DNA of 64,000 nt. It comes from Camelus dromedarius (Eukaryota). The stretch covers positions 5,580,001 through 5,644,000 of the forward strand of contig NC_087436.1 of assembly GCF_036321535.1 (NCBI RefSeq). The letters run 5' to 3'. Every line of letters starts with the position of its first letter. Within the stretch, counting starts at the first letter, position 1. The translations under genes and the position numbers were made by a program. Under the pieces are notes generated by a model, which did no database searches, was not told where the DNA came from, and worked only from the letters and a program-made list of their open reading frames with translations. Positions 1 through 12,872 of the stretch are shown one piece after another.

Positions 1-14
1 GGATAAATGGAATG

Positions 15-75
15 ATGATTATACCCGTTCTCAGATGGGAAAACAGAAATGTAGGTGAATTGCTCTAAGCTACTG
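15..75 (-). mobile_element. MIR fragment
   Basis: 'attatacccgttctcagatgggaaaacaga...ttgctctaag' resembles the antisense MIR core. Confidence 0.5.
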
Positions 76-159
76 TGAGACCTGTGGAGGACCTTCTAGA
101 AAACCAGTCTGCTGCCCCCTGGGTCAGAGGTTTTCGCCAGCATCCAGGTGGGTATGATG

Positions 160-345
160 CAGCCAGTACATTGGTTTGGAATTCTGGCTGCCACGTGCAC
201 GGATTGTGTGACTTTGTGTGTGTCAGTTAAACTTGCTAATCCTGTTTCCTCCTCTGTAAAATGGGGGTCATTTTCATACCCGCCTCCTAACGTAATTGTC
301 AGATTTAGATGAGAATTGTTGCCTTGTATAATATAGTGATTAATG
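160..345 (+). mobile_element. MIR SINE
   Basis: 'tgtgtgacttt...gtttcctcctctgtaaaatgggg...gatttagatgag' matches the MIR core. Confidence 0.75.
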
Positions 346-960
346 TTGCTAATTTCAGTGATTTCCAATCCCCCTGAGTGCCTATTAATTACCTACACTT
401 TTAGCTGCGTGGAGGAGGACACAGTGGCTAAGAGGAGCTGACAGTTCTCTACGTCATTTTCAAACGAATAAGCTTCTTTCATACAACCATTCGAGCTCAG
501 ACTAGAGAATAGGGTTTATTCTGTTATCATTTTAGGATACTGGTGAGTTTTTAATGATCCCCCAAGCCCTCTATTCAACAGATAAACAGTAAGAACTGAA
601 AATCACGTGTAAGTTAACAAAATGTAGATTCTGGTTAGCATGAGGTGTGAACATCTGGACTGTTCGGTCACCCCTCCCACCATCAGGATCTATGAGGGCG
701 GCTGTTTCTTGTGAAGAGGGTGATGTTATACATGGGACAGGTTCCTTGTGACTGCTCCAGCTTCTTCCCTGTAGACCAGTTGTCTGCATCTTATTGCTGG
801 TCCCTAGGCCCTCTGTCATCTTCTTTGACAGTTCCTTCCTCAGCACGAATAAGGGAGGCTCTTTTGGCCCGTCCCTTGCCTGTTAGGTCTCAAGATTGAA
901 AAATGTTCAAATAGTTACTTGTCCAGAGATTACTTCCTTTGGACACTGGAGAAACACTTT

Positions 961-1080
961 TATTTTTTAAGGGGGAGGTAATTAGGTTTATTTATTTATT
1001 TTAATGAAGGTACTGGGGATTGAACCCAGGACCTCGTGCATGCTAAGCATGTGCTCTACCACTGAGCTCTACCCTACCCC
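961..1080 (-). mobile_element. tRNA-Ala-derived SINE (vic-1-like, camelid)
   Basis: Minus strand reads AGCTCAGTGGTAGAGCACATGCTTAGCATGCACGAGGTCCTGGGTTCAATCCCC (A/B boxes, AGC anticodon) plus an A-rich tail; TSD ctggaga(a/g)acacttt at 946-960 and 1081-1095. Confidence 0.9.
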
Positions 1081-1129
1081 CTGGAGAGACACTTTTTGGG
1101 GAGATGAGATCACTGATCATGAGTCAAAA

Positions 1130-1449
1130 TACTTCATTTAGAATGACAATCTCCATGTCCATCCATGTTGCTGCAAATGGCATTATTTTATTCTTTTTTA
1201 TGGCTGAGTAGTGTTCCATTATATAAATATACCACATCTATTTTATCTAATCGTCTGTCAGTGGACATTTAGGTTGGCTCCATGTCTTGGGTATTGTAAG
1301 CAGTGTTGCTGTGAACATTGCGGTGCATGTATCTTTGTTTAGGTTCCCTCTGGGTGTATGGCCAGGAGTAGGATTGACACAACATTGAAAACTGACTATA
1401 TTTCAATTAAAAAAAAAATATATATATATATATATACACACAAAAAATA
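1130..1449 (+). mobile_element. 5'-inverted truncated L1
   Basis: Antisense L1 ORF2-end segment (1130-1376) joined through 'attg' to the sense L1 terminus 'gacacaacattgaaaactgactatatttcaatt' and poly(A)/(AT)n. Confidence 0.85.
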
Positions 1450-3322
1450 AGGAAGTATCGTGAATAAGCTCAATTTTTTCTTAGTTTATGAACAGTTCAC
1501 TCCCTCATTCTGTGTTGACTTTTGTTCGTCTTACACTCCTTCACATTGCAGTGAACAGCAGCATGGCTGCTCTTTAATGGAGTGTGGCGAGAACTGGGTC
1601 ACAATGACTCTTTGAAAGCAAATCCATCTATTTACAAGATAGTGTTATATTGGTGACTTTGGATTTGGGCCTGAAGTAGAAAACATGGGAAAAACTCAAA
1701 TGCTTGTCCTCAGAATGCTTCTGTCTGCGATGTCTGTGTGCATCAAAAACTATCACAAGATCTTCTTTCTTCACCTCCTTCCTCAGACTCTTAGGATTCA
1801 TCTGTTTAAAGCCAATCTCTTAGGTAATGTCTCAGGTGACAAAGAACAAGAGAAGTTTCTGTGTTGGAAATTATTTATGAGTGCAGAAGTTTTTTGGGGG
1901 GTCAAAAGTAGCAGTTAATCTGGGTCAGTGACATGCTTTCTTATTATTTTAGAATGTGTAGTGTAGTCATTGTTTCTAGAGCATTTATAAATATCATCCT
2001 GTATCTTGGAACTCGATTTGAATCAAAGTGTCTTCAGAGCAGACATGGTGGTTCCCAAAATTATGAAGAAAATATAAAAGCTGAAAAATCGTTGTCTTGC
2101 ATACTGATGTAGAATATATTGTTGAAAAATGGGACAGCTAAATGAGGAACTAGTGATATTAACAGTGATGTGAATTATAGATCTTTCAAAAACAATTTTA
2201 ATTTTAATTTTTGAATCAGATTTGGAGATGATGATTTATATTTTATTTCGCAAGTTTTCCTTTTTTTTTTTTTCGTTTCTCTGCCAAAGGCTCTTCAATT
2301 CAGTTTGAGATAGCATAGACTACTGAAATTGCTGGATAGTCTTTATAAATTAATTTCATGCAACTATATAATTTAATTATTATAAATACTATTTTATCTT
2401 GTTACTGAAGAAACAAGTTGCAGGTTTTACAATAATATGTTGCATAAAATACTAAAAATGTTGATGCATGTAGTTATTTTGAATAATCCAGAAGACATTC
2501 ACACCTTGCTAATTCTCTTGTAATGTTAAAACAGATTTTATATAATCTAAACTTGGAGTATTTTAACAGTTTGAAAATTTCAGGTGACAAAATCTTGATT
2601 ATCTGAAAAAAATTGATTCAGTTTTAACACATATTAAAATATAAATTAATGGAAATATTCACAATAGCATTTGGGTGTTGTGAGTGATTTAAAACTTAAA
2701 ACATGCAAAAATTAGAATTTAGATTCTTAAAGTTTATATTTTGAAGTTTAAACATTATGACAGAAGTAACTCACACATATGGTGATTTTTAAACACTGCA
2801 AGAGGGGATGTAATAAATACTATCTATGTCTTTCCTCCTCCAATCCCACTTTTCTCGGATAATCACCAGCAGTGGTTCCTGGAAATGCTAGCATCCTGCA
2901 CTCAGTGTTCTTTCTGTGTCTTAAGGGGCTCGGAGACCTCTTTTATCTGCACAGAGAGTGTCCCGTGCTTCTGTCTTTACTGCCTGCTGTTCTGTTGTCA
3001 TTCAGCCCTTTGGTGATGACTGTTTCCATCTTTCCCCGACTGTCTTAATCATGTCTGCAAGTGGATTTGCAGAATCGATTTCTATGAGTGGAATAACCGA
3101 GTCAAAGATGTTTGCAGTTAAAATGTTGCTAAATATTCAAAACGGATCTATTGATTTACATTCCTACCCAGAGTGTGTGTGTGTCTGTTCTCACGTACTC
3201 GCATTAGCGATGGGTGATGTTCACCTTTTTTAGGCTTTGCTACTGCTGTTTCACTGCTGAAACTTACAGTGATGAGCATCGACTGAAGTCAAGTGTTTCT
3301 CACCACGTTATCTGCATTTCTC

Positions 3323-3348
<26 letters not shown>
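3323..3348. repeat. (TG)n microsatellite
   Basis: Visible TG run followed by a short (CG)n. Confidence 0.95.
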
Positions 3349-3354
<6 letters not shown>

Positions 3355-3409
3355 CTCACGGACCTGGCCTTGCCCAGTTTTCTCTTGGGTTGTGGGTCTA
3401 TTACTTACT

Positions 3410-3485
3410 GATACAACATACATGAAAGTAACATGGATACAACATACGTGAAAGTAACATGGATACAACATGTGTGAAAGTAACA
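3410..3485. repeat. 26-bp tandem repeat, about 3 copies
   Basis: Unit gatacaacata(c/t)(a/g)tgaaagtaacatg starts at 3410, 3436 and 3462 (third copy diverged). Confidence 0.95.
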
Positions 3486-3598
3486 CACATGTCACGTGGT
3501 GTAGCTGTTTTACCCAGACTTTGTTTTTCTTTTAACCTGTTCGTGATTTTCTAGACTCCTGATTTCTGTTCATACTTTTTAAGAATACATATAGTCTT

Positions 3599-4028
3599 TT
3601 CTTCCAGCTTTACTGAGGTATAATTGGCAAATAAAACTGTAATACATTTAAAGTATGCAATGTAATGATTTGAATTACGTATCCATTCTGAAAGGATTTC
3701 TACAATTGAGTTACTTAACACATCTATCGCCTCACCTATTTACTTCTTTGGGGGAGAGAATATATTTTGGAAAGATTAATTTTCTTAAATTTCAGTTCTA
3801 CAATACAGCATTATTAGCGATATTCATCATGTTATACATTAGATCTCATGTCTTATTCCTCTTGTAACTGAAAGCTTTTGTACACTTTTGTGAACCTTTT
3901 TCCATTTCCCCCACTCTCCAGCCCCTGGCAAGCATCATTCTAGTCTGTTTTTAATGAGTTCAATTTTTTGTTTGTTTGTTTAGATTCCATATATAAGTGA
4001 CAGCATGATGTATTTGTCTTTCTCTTAC
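3599..4028 (-). mobile_element. L1 3' end (L1MA-like)
   Basis: 'tttactgaggtataattg...tagattccatatataagtga'; TSD taagaatacatata(g/t)tctt at 3580 and 4029. Confidence 0.85.
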
Positions 4029-5817
4029 TAAGAATACATATATTCTTAAATTTTCTTTAGTCAGCTTCAGAAATTGCATATTTTATTGCTTCAAGATTTT
4101 TGTGCCTTGCTCAGGAAGACTTCCTGTTCCAGGTTGTTTAAAGAAAGAAAACATCCTTTGGTTTAATACCCATCCTATTTTGGCTTCATGATTCAAAATG
4201 AATCTTTGATTCATCTGGATTTTGGGGGGATAAACACTAAAGTCAGGATATAGCTGCTGCTGCTTCTTCTTCTTCTTCTTTTCTTTCACAAGGTTAGCCT
4301 GAGTTCACAGCATGGACATTTTTTTTCCTCCTTGATTTGAAATGGCACAAGATCTTTTTCTTGTATAAATAGTTCCTTAAGGATTTCAAGACAAACAGGG
4401 AATTTACACAGAAAATGAAATAAACAAGATTAAAACTCTATTACAGGCAATACAGGCAAAGAAATGCAAAGTTCTGCAAGACACTTGTTTCCCAAAAATG
4501 CTGTTGCTATAAAAAATTGCTTCTGTACCACTGTGGTCTCAGATCAATAAAGGAGGACGTTAGACCTGACTGTTCACTGAGCCCAGAGGGATAAATGAAG
4601 ATTTTGTTATGTTTTTGGCTTGCGTCATGGCCTCATATCACTTAAATGGACTGCTGGTTTTGCATATTTATAACTCATGTCAAGGTTTAAGTCATAGGTT
4701 ATGATTATGACTTGGTTTCGAACGTCACTTTGAACTTGACTCTGTAGCAATCCCTATGTTCACAGATGGAATGTTACAGCCAGAGACTGCAGTCCACATG
4801 CACTAAACAAAGGTAACGAATTCAGATGCTTGTGGTTTGATTAACTAACGTATAGTTTTATCCTCAATTTAAAAAATAGTTTAAAAAAAGTCGAATATCA
4901 AGCTGTTTAAGTTATACATCTGATTTAAACTGGAGTACTAAATAAAATGCCAAAATGTTACTCTCATCAGTAAATACTTCCACTTTGTTTTATGGTATAT
5001 AACAGGCACTGTGTATTTTTGGCCCAACATCAAGGAATTTATAAATCTTTAATAACTACATTTTGTGAAACCCTGAACTTAATGTGACCTTAAAGTGCAG
5101 TTTCTAACACATGGCCTTTCCACGATCATTAAAATGGAAAGATTTTTCACTTGCAAGATAACAGTTTTATAAAATGGATTTCATTCAGTTTCTTTAAGAC
5201 TCTGGTCATCTCTTTACACTTTAATATCTTTTGGGGAAAAGAAAAATTTTACCTGGGTGAAAATCAAAAATCCATATCCATAGAATTGCAGGATGAATTT
5301 TTTATGCCAGTACTTTAAACGAATTAAATATTTTGCAAATATTGGCTTAGTCTCACTTCTTACACCACTCCTAAAGGCGGAGGAAAGGAAGAAAAAGCCA
5401 CTGATGCCCGTGCCCCAGAGAAGCTGAGGTACCACTAACAGGTATACGTGATGCAGCTCTGGCCTCACGGTGGAGCGGGACGGCTGGGCTCTGCGCACAC
5501 AGATTTTTCAGAGAGTCTTCCCGGAGCACAGACCTTGCTCTCTCTCAAGGGATGCCTTCTGTTTTCCTGTTGCCATCCTTTGACTTCTATCTAATTATAA
5601 AGGTCATAATCATTTTTTTGTTTTGATTTCAGACCTCAGAGTTTGAATTAGTTTGCCATTTGCTTTTAATTTTCTTTGGCAAATTCAGATTCAAAAACAG
5701 TCTTTAATTGAATTTCTCTCTTTTTTCTGTTCATTTTTATTTATTTCTAAGTTTTTTCAAGGCACCTGTACATCATAATGTTTCTCAGGTGAATCTCATA
5801 CATGACACGTTTATTTA

Positions 5818-6243
5818 TGTATTATGTTTTTTTCAGTTTTCAGTTTTATCAGGTAGAATTGTTACAATCTGACTGCACATGTACAATATATTGCCTGTAA
5901 ATACATATACACAATATACTGCACATATTTTTAAATTTACATATATGTACTTTTCATTGTTTCTAAGAACGTTTAGAGCTTTAGCTTTTTAAACTTACAT
6001 AGTTATCAAAGGAATAAAGCCAACCACAAAATAAGAATTAATTCAGAAAGATACATACACCCTGCTATTAACAGCAACATTATTTATAATTGCCAAGATA
6101 GGGAAGCATCCTAAGTGCACATTAGGAGATGAATAAAGAAGATGCAGCAGATATGTGTAATGGAATACAGCTCACCCATAAGAAAGAAGGATATTTTGCC
6201 ATTTGCAGCCCTTCACTCACTTTATTTATTATGTTTTCAATTG
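5818..6243 (-). mobile_element. TSD-flanked retroposed insert containing an L1 ORF2-end fragment (about 6040-6210, on +)
   Basis: TSD gacac(g/a)tttattta at 5804-5817 and 6244-6257; T-rich left end; 'aaagatacatacacc...gccatttgcagc' is L1. Confidence 0.65.
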
Positions 6244-8119
6244 GACACATTTATTTAAATATTCCTCCAAAATCAATATAAAAACTTTCTGAAGCTCTGA
6301 TTGGAATATTTTCCTAATTATTAAAGTAACCTAATAAGGTAAACGACACAGAAGAAAATAAAGTTCATTGCTAATTTTACCCAAGAAACAACCCCTTGTT
6401 AGGATTTATCAGTGTTCTTTTGTACATAATGTTAGACTGAAACATTTCTGGATGGCGGTAAAGCCACTCATAAACTTAATTTTCATGGCTTCATAATATT
6501 TGTCCCCTAGCTTAATTAACTATCTCCTATCTTTGCAGGTTTTGTTTGGAACCTCCTTTTATCCATTATAAAATACTGCTGCAAATGAAAATCTTCTGGG
6601 TAGAGATTTCCCCTTATTTCTGATGACTGACGTGTTATTATTGGATAAAAGGCCATGAGATATTCAGTGAAGTATTTCGGATACACACTGAGGAAATCCA
6701 CACCAATTGACAGTCCTGTCAACAATCTGTGAAACGTGTCACCTCACAGACCTCAGCATCGTTGTTACTGTTTTTAAACGTCCTTGTCTATTTCACCCCT
6801 GAAGGATCCCTTTTGTTACACAAAGTCCGTTTTCGTGTTTATTACACAGTTATGTTTCTCTTTTCACACATTGTGTATTACAGTCTTGTACCCAGTTTTC
6901 ATGGCCATCTTGGTATTTTTTTCCCGATGAATCACATGAGTTATTTATTCAGTTTCACTGTGTCAGATGGAGATGGGGCCAGGGAGTGGCCCATCCAGCA
7001 GTTACTTTCTCTGGCCGGGACAAGGACTAGCCACCCGAGGTTCCCTGTCGGTTAGTGCTGCTCACATGGCCATGTCCAGCTTCCAGGATGGAGACAGTTA
7101 TCCCTGTGTTCACAGGAGGAGAACTGTGTGTCGGAGATTAGTGATGTCTGCAAGAGATATGGCCCCTTTGCCAATCAAAACCCATTTTTTTGCCTTAGTT
7201 TATTACCGTCCCTTTAAATTTTGTAGAGGATTATTTTTTAAAGTATTGTTTCAGAGATGTTTGTTTTTGGCATTTTCCCCTCTGATATATCTGTACAAGT
7301 TTGAATCTTCTGATAACACAGAGAAACAAATGGAAAACAGTGCCCTTACTGACTCCCAGTCTCTCTCCCTAGAGCTGACCACAGTTAACCATTCCTGTAC
7401 ATTCTTGTGGTTAACTCTATGTCAGTAATGTAATCATATGATTCATTTTACATTTCTCTGTTTTCATTATAGTTTGTATTAATACACTCCAAGCCATATT
7501 TCTCATTTCAACAATTATAAATATTCTCTTCCGAGTGCCTACCTTATGGGTTGATATCATCAAGTCACGATTGAGAGCATTTACGTTCTACTCTGTGCTT
7601 ATAATTGGTCTCATGTACGTAATCTTTGCATATGAGTTTAGTCTAAAAGGTGAATGTTCATGAGTATTCTTTACATAATCATCCGTAGCTCATTTGACTG
7701 TTTTTCAGTTCAGGGCTTTTCTTCCCTGGAGATTCCTGAATTTCTTCTTGTCCGATGTGGCCTTATTGTATCTGCAGGCTGTTACTCTCGTGAATCTGGT
7801 TCATGAATTCGAGTTTTCCAGACACTTCCTCCCGTGTTCCTCCTGCAAAGCTGGACTGACTGCTCTGTGCCCCTGACATCCTGGGATGTTACCGTCTTCT
7901 GTGGTCCACCATACACGTTTCTAATTCTCAGCTTATTTCTTCATATGCTAAATCCATTTTTCTTTATCATTTACAGTAAATTATTTTAAAACAATTTTCT
8001 TACAATAATAAAACTTCATAACTTCATTCTCTATATTTACATTTATCTATACATACATATACCTATATACACACATACATAGATACATGTAGATCATACA
8101 TACTTACATGTAGACCTAC

Positions 8120-8470
8120 AAAGCCTTGCTGGGTATTGATTTCTAGGATAAAAATCACATTTTCTCAGAGCTCCAAAGGAATTCTACCAATCTCCTATTA
8201 CCACGTGTTGTTAAGAAGTCTAACTCTTGTTCCTTTGGGTTCATTCTTTCTTCTTTGGAAGCTTTCAGGAATTTCTTTATCTTCAATCTCCTAAAACTTC
8301 CACAGTGACGTGCCTAAAGGGGCTTTTATTTCCCCATCGTCCTCAACATTCAATTTGAAAGCAGACTCTCCTTTAAGACCTGGGGGGTTCTTAGCTGTTA
8401 TGATTTAGAGGATTTCTCCTTCTCTATTTTCTTTATTATTTCTTTCTAGACAGCTGTTTAGTTCACTCCT
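8120..8470 (-). mobile_element. Old L1M/HAL1-like ORF1-region fragment
   Basis: 'ttgctgggtattgatttctagg...gctttcaggaatttctttatc...acagtgacgtgcct' resembles antisense old L1/HAL1. Confidence 0.5.
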
Positions 8471-8931
8471 GCTCCTATTTAGAATTTATTTAATGTAATA
8501 TAAGCATGTGAAAGTAGGGCATTCATCAAATTTCTCCATGAAACTGTACTTTTAAACATCATTTTACGACTCTGAGGCAATTAAAGTAAATTACATAGCA
8601 CTTGTTTAGCTAAAGAGAACACTAACCCATTCTGAGATCGTCTTGGACAGTAATAATGCTTGACCAAACACCTGCCTTTCCCTTCCTACCCATTGCGTGG
8701 CTGTTGGAAAACATTGCTTTTGTGGAATTTTGAAAGCCATAGAGAATCACTGGAATAAGAGAAACACATTTGTAAATGAGGAGAACAGCTGAGCAGGAAA
8801 ACGTGAGTGATGACATAAATAATACTAGACATTTGGTCTGTGTGTTCCACATTACTGTTCTTACTTCATCTTATATTTATTCATAAGTTGCTTTTCTTTC
8901 CTCTTTGCAGCAGCTCTGTAAAACCCATCCA

Positions 8932-9246
8932 CAACTGACCCTTGTATTGCATGTTCTACATCCACAGATTCAGCCAACCACAGGTTGAAAATATTTGGGG
9001 AAAAAAATTCCAGTAAGTTCCAAAGAGCGACACCTGACTTTGCCTTGCGTGGGCAATGATTTACATAGCATTTGCATTGCATTAAGTATTATACGTAATC
9101 TAGACATGATTTAAAGTGTATGGGAGGATGTGCTTAGGTTTTATGTAAATGCTACACCATTTTATATACAGGACTTGAGCATCCTCGGATTTTGGTATCC
9201 GAGGAGGTCCTAGAACCACTTCCCCCCAGACACTGGGGGACGACTG
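8932..9246 (-). mobile_element. MER2/MER2B TcMar-Tigger non-autonomous DNA transposon
   Basis: 'gacttgagcatcctcggattttggtatcc...cctagaacca...gacgactg' followed by TA; both termini recognisable. Confidence 0.85.
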
Positions 9247-9807
9247 TATTCACATCTTTCATCTTTGCCATCGTTTTCTTTTGGGAGAGTCTGTCCTTCT
9301 GTTGGCAGCATAATGGAATTTTTCTACCTCTTTGATGGTTCATCTTAGACATAATGGCTTTTGAATTTTGAATATAATGATCACGATAATCTTCATGTCA
9401 AGAATCTTAACTCTAAAAAGCAGGCAGGTTAAGGCTTCAGCCATGTTTTACCAGCTACACCACTAAATGATCAAAGAGGGTACCCAGCAGAAAAAATATT
9501 AAGTACTGGATAGAAGAAAGAGAGCCCTGGAGATTAGGGGTTTTATTTTTTGCCGTTAACTTTTCCTCGTCCCTCTCCATGTTGATAATGGAGATCACCA
9601 GCCTAGAAAAAGTAAAGGACAGCTCAAGAGGTATCCGAGGAAAGGGTACATTTCTGGCTGGGAGAAGGTGCAGTTCACTAGAGAATATTTTTTCCGATGA
9701 AATTCCGGAAGAGCGATTTGAATGCTTTCTGATGATAGCGGCACTGGTGAGATTCCTGGTCTCACATGACGCTTCAGGAGAATTTACTACTTTCTTCCAC
9801 AAAAGTA

Positions 9808-10323
9808 CGGCTGATTGTCACAAGTCACGCAGTTGTGTTCTTTAAAGTTGACGCTGAGATCGCTGAATTAGCCGACACTGACAGTTGCTCCTGGGGTGTG
9901 TATGAGCCTCCGGGCACACCATTTTCCTCAACTGATCAACCCATGACTTTGTTTGACGTGTGTTTTTGGTTCAGACGCCTTTTTAACGTGTAGTGTTGCT
10001 CTCACACTAGGGAACACAAGACTTCAGCGCCACGCATGGGAGCCATCTGAAACAGCAAAATCACAAACGGAAAGCACAAAGATGCAAACACAAACAAACA
10101 AAAACCCACCTCGCCACTAAGTGCACTGGGGAAGGGATGCTTATTTCCAGTAGGAGAGCACGCGGGCGCTGTCACCTCCTTGAGTAACAAGTGTATTGGC
10201 GACCTCTCTGTACGTCCGTGGACGTTGCAGAGGCACTGCGAGTATCGGCTAGTATTTACAAATACATTTCAGCGAGTGGGCGAGTTTGCAAACACAGAAT
10301 TCGCGGATATTGAGAACTGACTG
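9808..10323 (-). mobile_element. Tigger4 (Zombi)-type DNA transposon deletion derivative
   Basis: Termini 'ta|cggctgattgtc' and 'gaattcgcggatattgagaactgactg'; internal 'gctgaattagc...ttgctcct' and 'gccatctgaaacagcaaaatcac' fit Tigger4. Confidence 0.7.
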
Positions 10324-12037
10324 CATTTGTTTGATTGGAGGCAGCTTTGGGCGACTCCAATAGCTCTTTTTCTACCTTCGCCCTCTGCCGGAACCGAAAG
10401 GGTTTCATCTGGCTTTGAAATGTCCCTGATTACCTAAGCTGATAAAGCGCCTTAGAGTTGAAAGGGTAAGAAAGTGACATCTCTTACTCTGCTGAAGAAG
10501 TTGAAAGGAAAGGAAAATGCTTATTCCTGTAAATTCAACTTCACGGCAGCACGGCTGAAGGACAAAGCATCTTCTTTTATTTTTCTTTCTTTAATAAATG
10601 TCCCCTAAATGAGAAAACTCTAAAGCACTGAAGGGCATTAGGCGCCTTTGAAGTGGCAAAGAAGCAGTCATTCATCGCCCCTGCAGCGGCAGAATCTGAA
10701 AAGTTTATAAGGAGGGTAGGGTTGCTAGGGCGAGAGGAGGGGCAGGCATGGGCACGCGCGCCGACTCCACGGGGTGCGGGGCTGGGCTCTGTCTTTGGAG
10801 GCGGTGGTCACAGGACTCTATGTAGTTGTCAGAACTCATAGATGTAAACCAAAGAAAAGAGATTTTTTTTTTCTGGATGGCTACTTAAAGATAAACCTAA
10901 GAAAATAGAAACAAAGACAAAGAAAAAAAGAGGTCTTTGCGGGGCTCAGCCACGTGTACCGTCCAGATGGCCTCAGCCCTGCATCACTCTCTGAAGGCTG
11001 CATCCTTGAAGGGCTTCCGGGCGGAAGGTACCATCCAAGGACGGAGGCCCAGCCGATGGTCACGTCCTTTTGGGGGTCTTCTTCAAGGGGCCCAGGGAAG
11101 CCTGAGGAGCACAGACCTGTGGTCACTATCAGGCAGAAAGGCGGGACGCAGCCTGGAAGGTGAGCAGGGAGCTGGCAAATGAGGGCTTGCGGGAGGCAAA
11201 GCTCACGTCCTCGGAAGCCCTGCTCAGCAGCGCGTTTTCGTTTGCGCATCTTTAAGACACACACGTACCTCAGAGCGGAAGTAAACAAAACAAGGCAAGG
11301 AGATCTTAGCCCTCTACCTTCTTAGCATCACGAGAGCAAATGTCTGACAAGCTATTCCCTAGGAGGGTGCAAGCTCTGTTTCCACACTCGCAGAACCGTT
11401 TTGGGATCATAGAAGGCTTCCTGTCTTTTTTTTTTTGGGGGGGGGTCGGGGATAGGGGGTGTCACCTGTTCAGTATGAATAGAAATGGCCCAAGAAATGT
11501 CTTAGGCTCAGTTCTTACCCCGACAGGGACTTGTGGTCATTGTGTTGTGAATTCGTTTGTGTAAATGAGGCCAGTGATGCTGTCATTAAATCAAAATCAG
11601 GACCTTCAAACTTTGTCCCTTATTCGGTGCAGACTGTTTTCTGAATGTTGCCCCTGCTGTCTTTAGCTTCCATCGTGAGACACAGGAGGTCAGGGGCAGT
11701 CGGCCTGGCCTGGGTGTCCCCGTGCCTCTCTTCAGCTCCAAGGTTGAGGCAGGGTCCCTTGCTGGCTGTAAGGATGAAGTTTCCCCTTGGAGCCAGGTCA
11801 CTGGCTGCGTGAATTGCCTCTACTCTGGATGCCAGCGTGGAGAGAAAGGTGGAATTTAATTTGCTGCATTTTTGATCTGTCTTCATTGCCTTGACCAAAA
11901 TGTGATCTTTGGTAGGAAAAAATAGCTACTCAAAAACACATGGCATCAGAAAGATGGTCAGTTTCCTAAAAGTTTATATTATGCCCAATTTATTTCTCAA
12001 ATGGACAAAACCAGGCATCCACACAGAAAATGGTGTA

Positions 12038-12872
12038 TTTTGATTTGCATTTCTCTGATAAGGTATCACCTCACACCAGTCAGAATGGCCATCATTAAAA
12101 GTCCACAAATGATAAATGCTGGAGGTGGTGTGGAGAAAAGGGAACCCTCCTACTCTGCTGGTGGGAATGCAGTTTGGTGCAACCACTGTGGAGAACAGTA
12201 CAGAGATTCCTTAAAAAACTGAAAATAGACTTACCATATGATCCAGCAATCCCACTCCTGAGCACATATCTGGAGGAAACTCTGATTCAAAAAGACACGT
12301 GCACCCCAGTGTCCATAGCAGCTGAACAATAACCAAGATATGGAAAGAACCTAAATGTCCATCGACAGATGACTGAATAAAGAAGTTGTGGTTTATTTAT
12401 ACAATGTATTACTACTCAGCCATGAAAAGTAATAAAATAATGCTATTTGCAGCAACATAGATGGACCTGGAGATTGTCATTCTAAGTGAAGTAAATCAGA
12501 CAGAGAAAGAAAAATACCATTTGATATCACTTAAATATGGCATCTGAAAAAAGACACAAATGGACTTATTTACAAAACAGAAACAGACTTACAGACATAG
12601 AAAACACACTTAGGATTGCCAGAGGGGAAAAGCAGTGGGGGGATAAATTAGGAGTTTGGGATTAGCAGATACACACTACTATGTATAAAACAGATAAACA
12701 GCAAGGTCCTATTGTAGAGCACAGGGAACTATATTCAACATCTTTTAGTAACCTATAATGAAAAAGAATATGAAAAAGAATGTATGTTTAAAAAAATATG
12801 TAACTGAATCGCTATGCTGTACAACAGAAATTAACACAACATTGTAAATCACCTATAGTTCAATAAAAAAAA
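12038..12872 (+). mobile_element. L1 3' end (ORF2 C-terminus, 3'UTR, poly(A)) with a ~23-nt 5' inversion
   Basis: Translation [13 protein letters not shown]...GVEKREPS is L1 ORF2; 12038-12060 is the reverse complement of the L1 sequence just upstream. Confidence 0.9.

Noticed and set aside
1005..1080. tRNA-Ala(AGC) gene
   Set aside because: The acceptor stem is altered, and the SINE tail, TSD and five diverged copies indicate a SINE rather than a functional tRNA.
3410..3485. CRISPR-like array
   Set aside because: Head-to-tail repeats with no spacers, no cas genes, and a eukaryotic context.
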